A DNA stretch of 64,000 nt. It comes from Candidatus Bathyarchaeota archaeon (GTDB lineage: Archaea; Thermoproteota; Bathyarchaeia; Bathyarchaeales; Bathycorpusculaceae). Under the pieces are notes generated by a model. It was not told where the DNA came from, searched no databases, and worked only from the letters and a program-made list of their open reading frames with translations. The position numbers and the translations under genes were made by a program. The stretch covers positions 366,697 through 430,696 of the forward strand of contig CAVZIW010000001.1 in NCBI GenBank assembly GCA_963775465.1, written 5' to 3'. This document shows, piece by piece, positions 1 through 9,727 of the stretch; positions within the stretch are counted from its first letter, which is position 1, and each line of letters begins with the position of its first letter.

Positions 1-184
1 AATTGCTATTTGGATCGCCTGTAGTAATGAAGTTCAATTGAACTCTGTCTCCTGAAGAAACGTCTATCTTGTAAGGAAGTTCTTTCCCAGCTTCAACAAT
101 AAAACTTCCCGTGGAGGCTCTAACAGAATTGAGTGTTCCGATGAAAATGCAGAGAAGAAGAAATAGACAACATAGTCTTCTCAT
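1..184 (-). CDS. Secreted/membrane protein, N-terminal part (runs off left edge); possibly GOLD/emp24-like beta domain
   Basis: Manual translation from ATG at 184: MRRLCCLFLLLCIFIGTLNSVRA-STGSFIVEAGKELPYKIDVSSGDRVQLNF; signal-peptide-like N-terminus; not in ORF track. Confidence 0.6.
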   Translation of the reverse strand, partial: MRRLCCLFLLLCIFIGTLNSVRASTGSFIVEAGKELPYKIDVSSGDRVQLNFITTGDPNSN

Positions 185-523
185 AGGAAGCATTCCCTGA
201 TTTGTTATTTATTAATGGGGTTGATAATCTTTTCGGAAATAGTGTGTTACAAGACTCCTGTTATACAAAACTACAGCTGCGAATGCTTTTTCTCAGACCC
301 CAATCTTAAAATTTGTTAAGGATCGTGGGAACTATTAGCTCAGAATTATACAATTGTCTTTCTCGACTGCAACATTACGTTTTCTTGAACAGAAAATTCA
401 CTTTTCTCTAATTGAAAAAAGAGCTTTTTCTTGAAAGGTCTGATTTTGTTCGAACCTTATCTGTAATTCATAAACGATTTATTTATGAAGTACTAAGACA
501 CAAGCAGTGTGAGGATATAGACT

Positions 524-997
524 GTGTCTCATCAGATCCAAAGTATTCTAATTATTGATGACGAAGAAGAGATTAGAACTATGCTTTCAGCTATCCTAAC
601 AGACAAAGGGTACTTAGTTGAAACAGCCAAAAGTGGAGGAGAAGCAGTAAAAACCTCAAAGAAAACATCATTTGATCTTGCTCTCATAGATATTAAACTG
701 CCTGATGCTGACGGGACAGAACTGTTAAAAAGACTAAGGGAGATTCAGCCTAAAATAGCCACAATAATTCTGACTGGACAACCCTCAATTGAAAACGCGA
801 TAAAATCTGTTAACAACAAAGCCGATGCATATATCTTGAAACCAATCGATGCGCATACACTACTCGAAACTATTAAAAGAACTCTCGCAGAAAAAACCAA
901 CGCGTACTTCCAAATGTTTACAGAAGTTGAACGCGCAAAGACGAGCACCCCAATTTTCAAATACCAAACTCCAGATAAATGGTACCAGAACAAGTAG
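524..997 (+). CDS. Response regulator (receiver domain)
   Basis: ILIIDDE, DLALIDIKLPDADG, ILTG, YILKP receiver motifs. Confidence 0.93.
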   Translation: MSHQIQSILIIDDEEEIRTMLSAILTDKGYLVETAKSGGEAVKTSKKTSFDLALIDIKLPDADGTELLKRLREIQPKIATIILTGQPSIENAIKSVNNKADAYILKPIDAHTLLETIKRTLAEKTNAYFQMFTEVERAKTSTPIFKYQTPDKWYQNK

Positions 998-1180
998 TTT
1001 CATCTATTTCGGTTCATACAAAAATTTAATTTTTCTTTGTCATGCCCACTTTGCATGCAGATTCTTATCAAGAAAGCAAGATTTCAACAAGAGTTGCTTG
1101 CAGCATACAGATACTTCATTGAATGTTTGGCCAACTAGCAAAATATTCCACGGTTGCAGATGGAATATTAAACCTTTGAG

Positions 1181-1696
1181 CTATAGTTCGATTGTTCCTT
1201 CCACAATTCTTTCTTGATTAACCGCTAGTTGATTGCTTAACCATGATCTAAGCATTATATTCATTTTTGGAGTTTCCCCTATGTAGACCAGGAGCTGGTT
1301 GTTTTTAACTGCGTTAATTTCGAATAAATTATCGGTGTCTCTGTAGGTGTAAGCGGAAAATTGCGGTTGACCAGCAAATATCTGGAATTCAACCCAATTC
1401 TTGAATTGCAAAATTTCCATTTTTTGATTTATGCTTGTCTGCGTAAAGGTTGGAGACATAAAGTTAGGTTTATTTTCTGATTCATTTAGTTGAGCTTGGA
1501 GCGTTTTGACTTCTTTTTGAAGAGCGATTATTTCTAGAATAATTTTGTTTGTGTTTGCTTCAGATTTATTATCGATCGTATCGATTAAACGGGATAAAGT
1601 TTTCAGAGTTTTTTCAAGGTTCTCGTTATTTTGCGCGATTGCTGCCAATACTCTTCCAAAGGGCTGATCTTGTTTGAGGTTCGATTTCGGAGGCAT
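1181..1696 (-). CDS. Hypothetical protein with N-terminal coiled coil
   Basis: 171-aa ORF; TAATG overlap with upstream gene at 1696. Confidence 0.7.
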   Translation of the reverse strand: MPPKSNLKQDQPFGRVLAAIAQNNENLEKTLKTLSRLIDTIDNKSEANTNKIILEIIALQKEVKTLQAQLNESENKPNFMSPTFTQTSINQKMEILQFKNWVEFQIFAGQPQFSAYTYRDTDNLFEINAVKNNQLLVYIGETPKMNIMLRSWLSNQLAVNQERIVEGTIEL

Positions 1697-2214
1697 TAGT
1701 AAATCTGATCTCCATTAAGATTTTTGCTTGGATGGCTGCTGGATAATATGGTTTCTCTTACCACAACAAAGACTAAACCAACTAGAATCGCAGTTATTAG
1801 CACATAGATATTCACAAATATCAGAAACAAATAGATTCCGATCAAGATTGTGAAGAGGATATAGGCAACGTTTCTTCGTGCAGCATACCACCATTGTGTT
1901 GCGATTTTTCCTTCGCGTATCTTTGTTGGACCGTAGAGGTGGAGTTGCCGGGTTACTTCTTTAATTCGAAATCTGTTTATGTCATTTATTTTTTCAGATG
2001 TAGAATAAAGCACTAATGCAGTAACAACCAAGAGAACGGAAATTATGGCGGCATTGAAGTTTTGAATTGTTGGGTTAAAGGCGGCAATTAAGGAACCGAT
2101 GATTAAGATAGCTGTTATTACCCATGTCTTGTAGTCGCGGTCCATAATTTCTTCTCTTAAGACATGATATTCAGTGAGCAGGTTCTCTTTATCTTCTTTT
2201 AGGATGAATCCCAT
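1696..2214 (-). CDS. Hypothetical integral membrane protein (about 4 TM)
   Basis: Two hydrophobic hairpins; GGAG SD-like motif upstream. Confidence 0.75.
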   Translation of the reverse strand: MGFILKEDKENLLTEYHVLREEIMDRDYKTWVITAILIIGSLIAAFNPTIQNFNAAIISVLLVVTALVLYSTSEKINDINRFRIKEVTRQLHLYGPTKIREGKIATQWWYAARRNVAYILFTILIGIYLFLIFVNIYVLITAILVGLVFVVVRETILSSSHPSKNLNGDQIY

Positions 2215-2289
2215 TATGGTTCAATTCTCCCGAATTTCTTGTTTAGCTTAAAGTTTAGAGACTGGATTTGTGTTTTTGCATTCATTTTC

Positions 2290-3117
2290 TTATTCGTCCA
2301 AGTTTTGAATTCTTGCTTTGTGTTTGGGTCTTCTACTTGCTATAACGAGCGCAGCGATGGATATGAATGCTGAATAGGCCCACCATGGAGGATTATTGTC
2401 TGATGTATTTGGTTTGGGCGAGGGTGAGGGACTTAGGGTTGGCTGTTGTGTTGGGGTTGAGCTAGTTGTTGGGGTTGGAGAAGTCGTTGGCGTAGCTGTG
2501 GGTGAATTTGTTGGATTTTCGGTTGGCGTTGGTGAGGTGTTTGAAGGATTGGGTGTCGGGGTTGGAGTTGGTGAAGCGGTTTCCGTCGGTTTTGGGGAGG
2601 GTGTGGGGCTTGGTGTTGGTAAAGGCGATGATGTTGGAGGAGGTGTGGGCGTTGGGGTGGTAGTTAGGGTTGGGGTAGGCGATGGAGTTGGACTTGATGT
2701 CAGTGTTGGATACGGCGATGGAGATGGTGTCGTGGACTGAGTTGGTAATGGGGTAGGTAATATTGTTGGAGTAGGAGTTGGAGACGCTGTTGGAGTAGGA
2801 GTTGGAGACGCTGTTGGAGTAGGAGTTGGAGACGCTGTTGGAGTAGGAGTTGGAGACGCTGTTGGAGTAGGAGTTGGAGACGCTGTTGGAGTAGGAGTTG
2901 GGGTAGGGTGTGCTGTTGGGCATGGTGGAGGATGATGAGGTTTGGTGGTGGGACTTGGATGCTCTGTGGGGAGACAACTTTCCGTGATCGATGATGTTTT
3001 CCATTTGGCTTGAACATTATTAGCCCAATTTAGGGCGTAGATGACTACGGATAGACATAGAATTATGCAAAGACCTATTTTTAGTACTCGACCTTGGCGA
3101 ACTCTTAATTTTTGCAT
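2290..3117 (-). CDS. Pro/Thr/Ser-rich mucin-like cell-surface protein with signal peptide and C-terminal membrane anchor
   Basis: Hydrophobic N-terminus, about 190 aa of PT/PS repeats, C-terminal [16 protein letters not shown] followed by basic residues; AGGAG SD. Confidence 0.8.
   Translation of the reverse strand: MQKLRVRQGRVLKIGLCIILCLSVVIYALNWANNVQAKWKTSSITESCLPTEHPSPTTKPHHPPPCPTAHPTPTPTPTASPTPTPTASPTPTPTASPTPTPTASPTPTPTASPTPTPTILPTPLPTQSTTPSPSPYPTLTSSPTPSPTPTLTTTPTPTPPPTSSPLPTPSPTPSPKPTETASPTPTPTPNPSNTSPTPTENPTNSPTATPTTSPTPTTSSTPTQQPTLSPSPSPKPNTSDNNPPWWAYSAFISIAALVIASRRPKHKARIQNLDE
2764..2901. repeat. 24-bp tandem repeat (tgttggagtaggagttggagacgc), 5 full copies plus 1 partial, encoding TPTPTASP
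   Basis: Exact copies read directly from the sequence. Confidence 0.95.
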
Positions 3118-3210
3118 TCTCCTTTCATTAGTTTTATGTTGTTATTATTTTAAGCCTTCGCAGATTCACGTCTAGTACCTTTTTCACGAATGGAGATATA
3201 AGCGAGTTTC

Positions 3211-3515
3211 TTAGTTAGAGAATATTTCAATTTTCGAAATATACCTTGCCATTTGTATCAACAAACCGACACGGCGCTTCCACCTACTGAAAAAGCGGTA
3301 CTGTGAATGCATAGCGTATATATGTATCCCAGCAATGCACCAGCAATTAGCAGAAGACTGAAATCCAGCAATCCCAGACTCAAACTTCTGGTTCTAAGGA
3401 TTAGTGAAACAACGAATAAGAAGAGCACTCCAGACGAAATAAGACCTATGAGGGTGCCGTTTCTGAATTTTGTCCATTCGCGGTTTAGCTCTAACATGAA
3501 ATCATGGAGAGACAG
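3211..3515 (-). pseudogene. Frameshifted small membrane protein
   Basis: ORF 3258-3497 (two TM segments) continues plausibly in another frame as YAMHSQYRFFSRWKRRVGLLIQM to a stop at 3211. Confidence 0.4.
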
Positions 3516-3761
3516 TCATAATAGTAACAGCAATAATTCTAAAAAAGAAAACACCTCCATCGCCTCAAGCCTAAAATACAACAAAAGGAGGAAAAATCTT
3601 ACTTTTTTGTCGATATTAAACCAATGATCTTAAAGGGCAAGGACAAAGAATTTAGTTTAAGCAATTCCAAATTTGGAGTTCGGCGTTCATTTTTTTGGTT
3701 TACTTATCCTGAGTTCATAATATTCATATCCTAAAAAAATCTAAGGTGTAACTGATGTAAA

Positions 3762-3908
3762 ATGCCTCACTGTCCCAGCTGTGGTAAACGTATCGAAAAA
3801 CCATCCCGAGAAAAGAAGGACCACAACTTTACAATTCAAGCTTTCGACTGTCAAGAATGCCATCACCACTTTCAAGTTACAATTAATAGCACTATTTACA
3901 TTGTCTAA
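3762..3908 (+). CDS. 48-aa zinc-ribbon microprotein (CPSCG...CQEC)
   Basis: Manual translation MPHCPSCGKRIEKPSREKKDHNFTIQAFDCQECHHHFQVTINSTIYIV; AGGTG upstream. Confidence 0.65.
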   Translation: MPHCPSCGKRIEKPSREKKDHNFTIQAFDCQECHHHFQVTINSTIYIV

Positions 3909-4044
3909 AATAATATTCAAAAATTGCTCTTAATGGGAAGAATTTTTTCCACACTATTTTTGCGTAAATAATCTACATAGCTTTTGTCCCCATTTTCGGT
4001 TTGCTTGTAAAAGTTTCTTATATTTCTTAATCAACTATATTTCC

Positions 4045-4266
4045 ATGAAGAATTCTGAATGCACGATTTACATTATGTTTAAAGAAAGATGGTTGCAGAA
4101 GTTCAGAAAAGAACAAGATGGTTGGAAAGAATATAGTCGAAATGGAACCATCCGTGCATGCACTGCAGAACAATTCATTTCTCATATACTTCCGCCGTTG
4201 GCTGGAATAAAAGGACCAAATGTAACCGTCAAAGTTGACCCAGACAATGCTAACCTAAAAAAGTAA
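4045..4266 (+). CDS. Small hypothetical protein
   Basis: 73-aa ORF with protein-like composition, AT-rich promoter-like region upstream. Confidence 0.6.
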   Translation: MKNSECTIYIMFKERWLQKFRKEQDGWKEYSRNGTIRACTAEQFISHILPPLAGIKGPNVTVKVDPDNANLKK

Positions 4267-4381
4267 GTAAAAATTCAATCCAAAAAGGTGTATGATTCCA
4301 ATTTTCAAAACCTATTATTCCCTAAAATCCAAAAAATTAATATTTAGTAAAGTAGCAAGCTCTTAGCTGATGGATGCATAG

Positions 4382-4798
4382 TTGTACGAGCTATTGGCTT
4401 TCATAGTATTATCTGTCACGTTGGAATGCGGGATGGGTATCGTATACGGCGTCGCAATTGGGTATGATCCTTTACTAGTTTTTCCGACGGCCATTATCTT
4501 AAATTTCTTTGCAATATTTGTCGCTGTTTTTGCTATGGATAGATTGATGGAATGGAGAAAAGGGATCAGGGTTTGGATTGAAAGAAGACTTGGGAGGGGG
4601 CAAAAACTCATTGACAAGTACGGTTGCGTTGGAATATTAATGGGCGTTTTGGTTCTTTCACCAATACAGCTAGCAATAGTTGGAAGATTAATCGGAATCA
4701 GGCCAAGCAAACTCTATCCCACGCTTTTTACTGCAATTGTCTTAGTAGCAACAGCTTTCCTGGGGATCGCTTTAGGTGTTTTCAAAGTGTTATTGTAA
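4382..4798 (+). CDS. Small multidrug-export-family / VTT-like membrane protein
   Basis: 4 TM pattern, KLIDKYGCVGIL...LSP motif. Confidence 0.65.
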   Translation: MYELLAFIVLSVTLECGMGIVYGVAIGYDPLLVFPTAIILNFFAIFVAVFAMDRLMEWRKGIRVWIERRLGRGQKLIDKYGCVGILMGVLVLSPIQLAIVGRLIGIRPSKLYPTLFTAIVLVATAFLGIALGVFKVLL

Positions 4799-5186
4799 TC
4801 AGTAACACCACAAAAATCAACCTTTACATATTCGATTCTTTTGGGGTAAATTAAGGCAAAATTTGGGGTTAATTCTGAAAAAAAGCTTAAAGACTGTTTT
4901 GAATAATGAAGTTTTAGCAAAAGAGGTGACAGCAAGAAATAGAAAGCCAAAAAAGTTGAGGCTGCAAAAGCTCTCAAAACCACTACAATACAAACGGTTT
5001 TTAGCATTTTTTCCCTTCTCTCCTTTAAGTGGTTTTAGAGCTTCAACAGCTTCTACAATTAGGATCAGAATTGATTTTCTATAGTCGGAAATTTGTTAAT
5101 GCTTCATTGATATTATTAGTCTAATTCTTCCCAAACAGATAGAATTAATAAATCTGGAATGCAACTACAGTTGGAGGCTTTGTTTT

Positions 5187-5825
5187 TTGTTTAGACCAAT
5201 CGATATAGTTCAGTGTTTTCATAACGCGTTCAGAAGAGACATTTTTGAGATAGATGAAAGTGCCTTGAAGATCGCGAGTTTCAGCGGAGATATTGGTTTA
5301 GTATTTGATAGGCTACATATTTTGGGTGAAATCTTGGACTATCATGCTAAAGGTGAGGAGGCAGCAGTTTTTCCAGCCGTCGACAAACTCAGACCTTTTG
5401 CTTCACCAGGTTACCTATTTGATCATCACGAACTCGATAGCATGGTTGAAGCCTTGGAAGAGATCCGGAAAAAGCCCGATGTTTTGGCAACAGCTCGGGC
5501 AACGGCTGTGTTGCATTCGCATCTGCGAATACATTTAGATAAAGAAGATTTGTACCTTTATCCGATTCTAAGAGAACAAACGACAGATGACGAACAAGTA
5601 GCGGTTGGAATAATTATGTCGAGCAAAATACCACCGGAACGTTTTCCAGATCTCGCTCAGTGGTTGTTACCCTTGCTCAGTCTTAATGACCAAGTTATGG
5701 TGGTCAAAGGGTGGATGACGATGATGCCTCCACCGGTTTTCACGAATGCTAAGTTGCTAATTAGGAAGAACGTTGGAGATAATTGGGTTAAGATTGTTAA
5801 TCTGATTCCGCAATTATCTGAGTAG
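5187..5825 (+). CDS. Hemerythrin (HHE) domain protein
   Basis: HxAFRRD, HAKGEE...FP, DH, HLDKED...YP motifs. Confidence 0.85.
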   Translation: MFRPIDIVQCFHNAFRRDIFEIDESALKIASFSGDIGLVFDRLHILGEILDYHAKGEEAAVFPAVDKLRPFASPGYLFDHHELDSMVEALEEIRKKPDVLATARATAVLHSHLRIHLDKEDLYLYPILREQTTDDEQVAVGIIMSSKIPPERFPDLAQWLLPLLSLNDQVMVVKGWMTMMPPPVFTNAKLLIRKNVGDNWVKIVNLIPQLSE

Positions 5826-5998
5826 AAATAATTTCTGTTTTGGAGCTTAAGTTTTAACAAGACACATTCAATTCGTTTGAAAACGAGCTGTTATCTTCTT
5901 GAGATAAATGCTTAGGAGATAAAAAATTGTCTAAGCAGAAAAGAGCAGTTAAATAACTCTGATCAGAATTATCACGATACGGACAGGGTTTTTAGCAA

Positions 5999-6913
5999 GT
6001 GGCACCAAACGATATAAAAAAGGGAGCGATAATTGCCCAAGTTGCTTTCTTAATAGTTCTGGCTGTAGGAGTAGCAGAAGTTGTTGTTGCTTCATTTGCC
6101 ACCAGCGTAGCGTTGCTGGCTGACGGAATCCAATCAATCGCCACTTCATTAATATTCCTAGTAGTATGGGTCGGCATAAAACTCTCGGAACGATCACCCG
6201 ATGGCACCTTTCATTTCGGTTACTATCGGGTAGAAGCTTTGGGGAGTCTAATCGCCGCCTTCGTTTTGTCCATTTTTGGCGGTTTTGTTCTTTTCCAAGC
6301 TTATGACTCATGGGTAACGAAGAGAACAGTTGCCAATGCAGAGATCGCTATCTTATTTGCAGCCATTTCTGCAGTGATTATTCTGTTAGCATCTGTTTGG
6401 ATTAACCGAACCTCAAAAAAAATAGGTTCAACAGCCCTGTTGGTTGGTGGGTTAAGTGGCGTGTTAGATGCGCTCTCATCAGTTGCCGTATTAATTGGAG
6501 TTGTTTCAAGTACGTATTTGGGTATATTACATGCAGATTCAATCGCAGGAATTCTGATTGCCGGAGCTATTTTTGTTGGTGCCTATTCAATTTTCAAGGA
6601 ATCATCTTTGGTGCTAGTTGACGCTTGTAGTTGCGGAGATTTAGTTGGTACAATTGGCGAAATAACAAGAAGCATTAAGGGCATAAAGGATGTTCACAAT
6701 ATTCGCATAAGAAAACTCGGACCTTACATTACAGGAGATATGCACGTAGTTGTTTCAAGTGATATGTTGGTTAAAGAAGCGGATCAAATTGCTACCCAAG
6801 TTGAAGAGAAGATAAAGGTGATGTTTGACAAAGTCTTGGATTTCAAGATTAGAATTGAATCTGACGAAGGTCACATCAGACATTCGAAAGAATTACCAAT
6901 AGATAGAAGCTGA
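5999..6913 (+). CDS. Cation diffusion facilitator (FieF/CzcD family)
   Basis: SVALLADG, PDGTFHFGYYRVEAL, 6 TM, C-terminal ZT dimer domain. Confidence 0.93.
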   Translation: MAPNDIKKGAIIAQVAFLIVLAVGVAEVVVASFATSVALLADGIQSIATSLIFLVVWVGIKLSERSPDGTFHFGYYRVEALGSLIAAFVLSIFGGFVLFQAYDSWVTKRTVANAEIAILFAAISAVIILLASVWINRTSKKIGSTALLVGGLSGVLDALSSVAVLIGVVSSTYLGILHADSIAGILIAGAIFVGAYSIFKESSLVLVDACSCGDLVGTIGEITRSIKGIKDVHNIRIRKLGPYITGDMHVVVSSDMLVKEADQIATQVEEKIKVMFDKVLDFKIRIESDEGHIRHSKELPIDRS

Positions 6914-7072
6914 ATCGGTCGGTGAAAGGCGACTTTGCTAATTATTGATCTTTTTAACATTATTGAATGATTTTGAGATAGTTATTTTGTTCTTGCCAAT
7001 TTTTTTGAGTATAGTTTCTTAAAAGAACATGTTCTGAGAAGTCGGTTTGCAGGCCGACATTTGTCGTAGTTA

Positions 7073-7180
7073 TGTATTATCACAGATGTATTAATTGTGC
7101 TAGCAGCAGCCCTTCTTGTTGGCAAAATATTTGAGCGATTCTGTGTTTTCTTTCAGTGGTCGGGAAAATTGTAGGCTGAA
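7073..7180 (+). pseudogene. Remnant of cation:proton antiporter (CPA2/Kef-type) N-terminus
   Basis: Translates as IITDVLIVLAAALLVGKIFERF, then after a frameshift SVVGKIVG*; resembles the first TM helices of CPA2 antiporters. Confidence 0.4.
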
Positions 7181-7251
7181 GTTAAATATTCTAACTAACT
7201 GCCGGATTGTCATTTGTGTAGGTAATTTTGTTCTAAGCTTAGAAAACCTTT

Positions 7252-7287
7252 ATATGAATAGTTATTCATATGATAAATAATTCATGT
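7252..7287 (+). promoter_or_regulatory. SmtB/ArsR-type operator palindrome overlapping the TATA region
   Basis: Perfect ATATGAATA-GT-TATTCATAT (7252-7271) plus degenerate overlapping copy (7268-7287) just upstream of the ArsR gene. Confidence 0.75.
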
Positions 7288-7298
7288 AAGGTGAATAT

Positions 7299-7619
7299 AT
7301 GAAAAAAGGATTAACCAACACATGCCACCGCTTCTTCACAAACTTAGCAAACCCAACTAGACTTGCCACCATAGAACAATTAATGCAAAGACCAATGAGT
7401 GTTAACGAACTTGCAAACGCTCTTAATCAGGAACAAAGCATGATCTCACACAACCTCAAACCCTTACTCGAATGCAACCTTGTTACAAGTGAAAAATTGG
7501 GCAGAAAACACGTTTACACTTTAAACCAAGAAACCATCCTGCCCATCTTTTCCATAATTCAGAATCATGCACAAAAATATTGCCCTACAAACGGGAAATG
7601 TCTCAAAGGAGGAAAATAA
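7299..7619 (+). CDS. ArsR/SmtB family transcriptional regulator
   Basis: LANPTRLA, SVNELA, QSMISHNL wHTH; GGTGA SD. Confidence 0.92.
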   Translation: MKKGLTNTCHRFFTNLANPTRLATIEQLMQRPMSVNELANALNQEQSMISHNLKPLLECNLVTSEKLGRKHVYTLNQETILPIFSIIQNHAQKYCPTNGKCLKGGK

Positions 7620-8270
7620 ATGAAAAGAAAAATTGTAAATATAAACGAAGAACTCTGTAACGGATGTGGCAACTGTATTCCTAAATGTGTAGAAGGAGCT
7701 CTGCAAATAGTAAACGGCAAAGCAAAAATAATCAAAGACACATATTGCGACGGGTTGGGAGCTTGCCTGGGTGAGTGCCCGCAAGGTGCAATTACTATAA
7801 CAGAACGCGAAGCAGAAGCCTTTGATCAAGAAGAAGTGCACCAATACCTAAAAACAAAGGCAACCACAGCACAATTAACTCAAGTTCCAAAAAATTCAAC
7901 TCCCCAAAAACCTCAGTGGCCAGTTAAATTGAATCTCGTTCCAGTTAAAGCTCCATTTTTCGATAACGCAAACCTGTTGTTAGCTGCTGATTGCGCACCT
8001 ATTGCCGTTAAAAATTTTCATGACATGTTCATGCCACAGAAAAGAGTTATCATTGGGTGCCCAAAATTTGATGATGCTCGGGTTTATGCCCAGAAACTAA
8101 CAGAAATCTTAAAACAAAATGACATCGCTTCCGTGACCGTTGTTCATATGGAGGTTCCTTGTTGCACTGGCTTGAAATGGGCTGTAAACAAGGCACTTGA
8201 ACTATCAGATAAGAAAATTCCAGTTAAAGAGTATGAGATAAAGATTGGAGGTGAAATTGTTGAGCTTTAA
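7620..8270 (+). CDS. 2x[4Fe-4S] ferredoxin domain iron-sulfur protein
   Basis: CNGCGNCIPKC and CDGLGACLGECP; C-terminal QWPVKL, AADC, GCPKFD, MEVPCC motifs. Confidence 0.88.
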   Translation: MKRKIVNINEELCNGCGNCIPKCVEGALQIVNGKAKIIKDTYCDGLGACLGECPQGAITITEREAEAFDQEEVHQYLKTKATTAQLTQVPKNSTPQKPQWPVKLNLVPVKAPFFDNANLLLAADCAPIAVKNFHDMFMPQKRVIIGCPKFDDARVYAQKLTEILKQNDIASVTVVHMEVPCCTGLKWAVNKALELSDKKIPVKEYEIKIGGEIVEL

Positions 8271-8514
8271 TAATAAACCTCAAGAAAAAAACCCTCAAAC
8301 TTGCCCTGGGTTGAGAGATCTGCTACAGCCTAAACCCTCATACATTAAGTGCCATGTTTGTGGAAGTGACTTAGAAATCTGGAGCGATGAGGACAAGACA
8401 ACGTGTTCTGAATGTGGCGCGGAGTGGAAGCGTCCCGACAAGACTGCTGCTTGCTTAGAGTATTGTGAATTTGCCGACAAATGTAGAGGAATAATAGAAT
8501 CAAGGAAAAACTGA
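8260..8514 (+). CDS. Small Cys-rich Zn/Fe-binding protein
   Basis: CPG, CHVCG, EIWSDE, CSECG, CLEYC motifs; GGAGGTG SD favours TTG at 8260. Confidence 0.75.
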   Translation: MSFNNKPQEKNPQTCPGLRDLLQPKPSYIKCHVCGSDLEIWSDEDKTTCSECGAEWKRPDKTAACLEYCEFADKCRGIIESRKN

Positions 8515-9036
8515 AAAATAGTCCCACTTTTTTGTTAAAGGCTCTCTCAATCCTGTGGATGGATTGAGACAAGAAATTGTTCTATCTCAACAGTTTACTA
8601 TTGTGTTAGGTTTCAGGTTTGGTTACTTTTGAATGCCATTTTTGTGGTGAAATACTTGAAGTTCAGCCCTATGACTGAATACATGGGCTCTTTCTCTTTA
8701 GTTCCGCCAATTGCTAGAAGCTTTCGTTGTAACAGAATAAAAGAAAAGCATCAATGTGAAAATTCGAAGTGCAAAAAGGACGCTAATGATTTTCTGGATT
8801 AAAGTCAATTGAGTATTCTTTGCAGAATCTAAGACACTCACAATTGAATTATGAAAAGTAAAAGGAAAAATTCTATTTTTATTATCTTACCAAGTTTTTT
8901 TCATACTCTTGTCGCCGTAACGGGTATAGTTGCGATAAATTGTTGTTGGATAACTTAAACAACATAGTAATCGACACAATAGAGTGGCTATTTCAAATAA
9001 CGAAAAATAAAGGCTGCTAGTAAAAATTAAGAGTCA

Positions 9037-9582
9037 CTATCTTCTACTGAGGTGCTCTTTGTATACTTCAGTTCGCCATTTCCTCTCCCAACTTGCCCAT
9101 CCAGTTTTTACCAAGCCTTCTCTAACATGAGGATTCTCGGCGACCCATTCAACAAAATGCCAGAATCGCTGCTTACCATCTAATAAGTCCCTTGGCATAC
9201 CTTTCTCCACACACCAACGAACATAAGCATCTTCAACGGTTTTTCGGAAATCACCAGTAGATTGGACTTCTTCAACCTTAAACCCCTTGTCCTGCAAGCG
9301 CCTAGCCACCGTAGACAAAATGTATTCTGAGCAGACCTTAAAACAAGTTTCAGAATCTGCTTGCATGACGTCCACCAACTCATCGGCAATCCGATCAGCC
9401 TCCGACAGATACCTTTTATTTTTGAAATTAGGCGGTTGAAAACATTCAGTTGAAATTCTGCGTTCAAACACAATCGATTGAGGGGGCTTAATGGCACAAA
9501 TAACAACGCCTAACAAAAGATCACTCCATCCTGAAGCGTCGATTATAATCATTTTTCCCGGAAGGTAACAGTCCAGAGCCAA
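9037..9582 (-). CDS. Conserved hypothetical protein, possible RNase H-like fold
   Basis: N-terminal IIIDASGWSDLLLGVVI resembles the RNase HII first strand. Confidence 0.65.
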   Translation of the reverse strand: MALDCYLPGKMIIIDASGWSDLLLGVVICAIKPPQSIVFERRISTECFQPPNFKNKRYLSEADRIADELVDVMQADSETCFKVCSEYILSTVARRLQDKGFKVEEVQSTGDFRKTVEDAYVRWCVEKGMPRDLLDGKQRFWHFVEWVAENPHVREGLVKTGWASWERKWRTEVYKEHLSRR

Positions 9583-9727
9583 AGATAATCCTCAGTTTTT
9601 TATCAATCGTAGTTTAGTACTATAACAGTTTAGCTATTTATCAACAATCATAAATCGAAAAATTTATTCAAGAGCAAACAAATAAATGTTCTTGACACAT
9701 TCTAATTGATTAGGAGTGCTATTTTTT

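Noticed and set aside
2764-2901. Possible CRISPR array
   Set aside because: Head-to-tail 24-bp coding repeat with no spacers and no cas genes.
2396-3017. Alternative-frame ORFs with VG, NSYS or LLQQR repeats
   Set aside because: Shadows of the Pro/Thr repeat gene, which has the SD, signal peptide and anchor.
4714-5084. ORFs 4863-5084 (+) and 4714-5007 (-)
   Set aside because: No SD or family motif; likely spurious.
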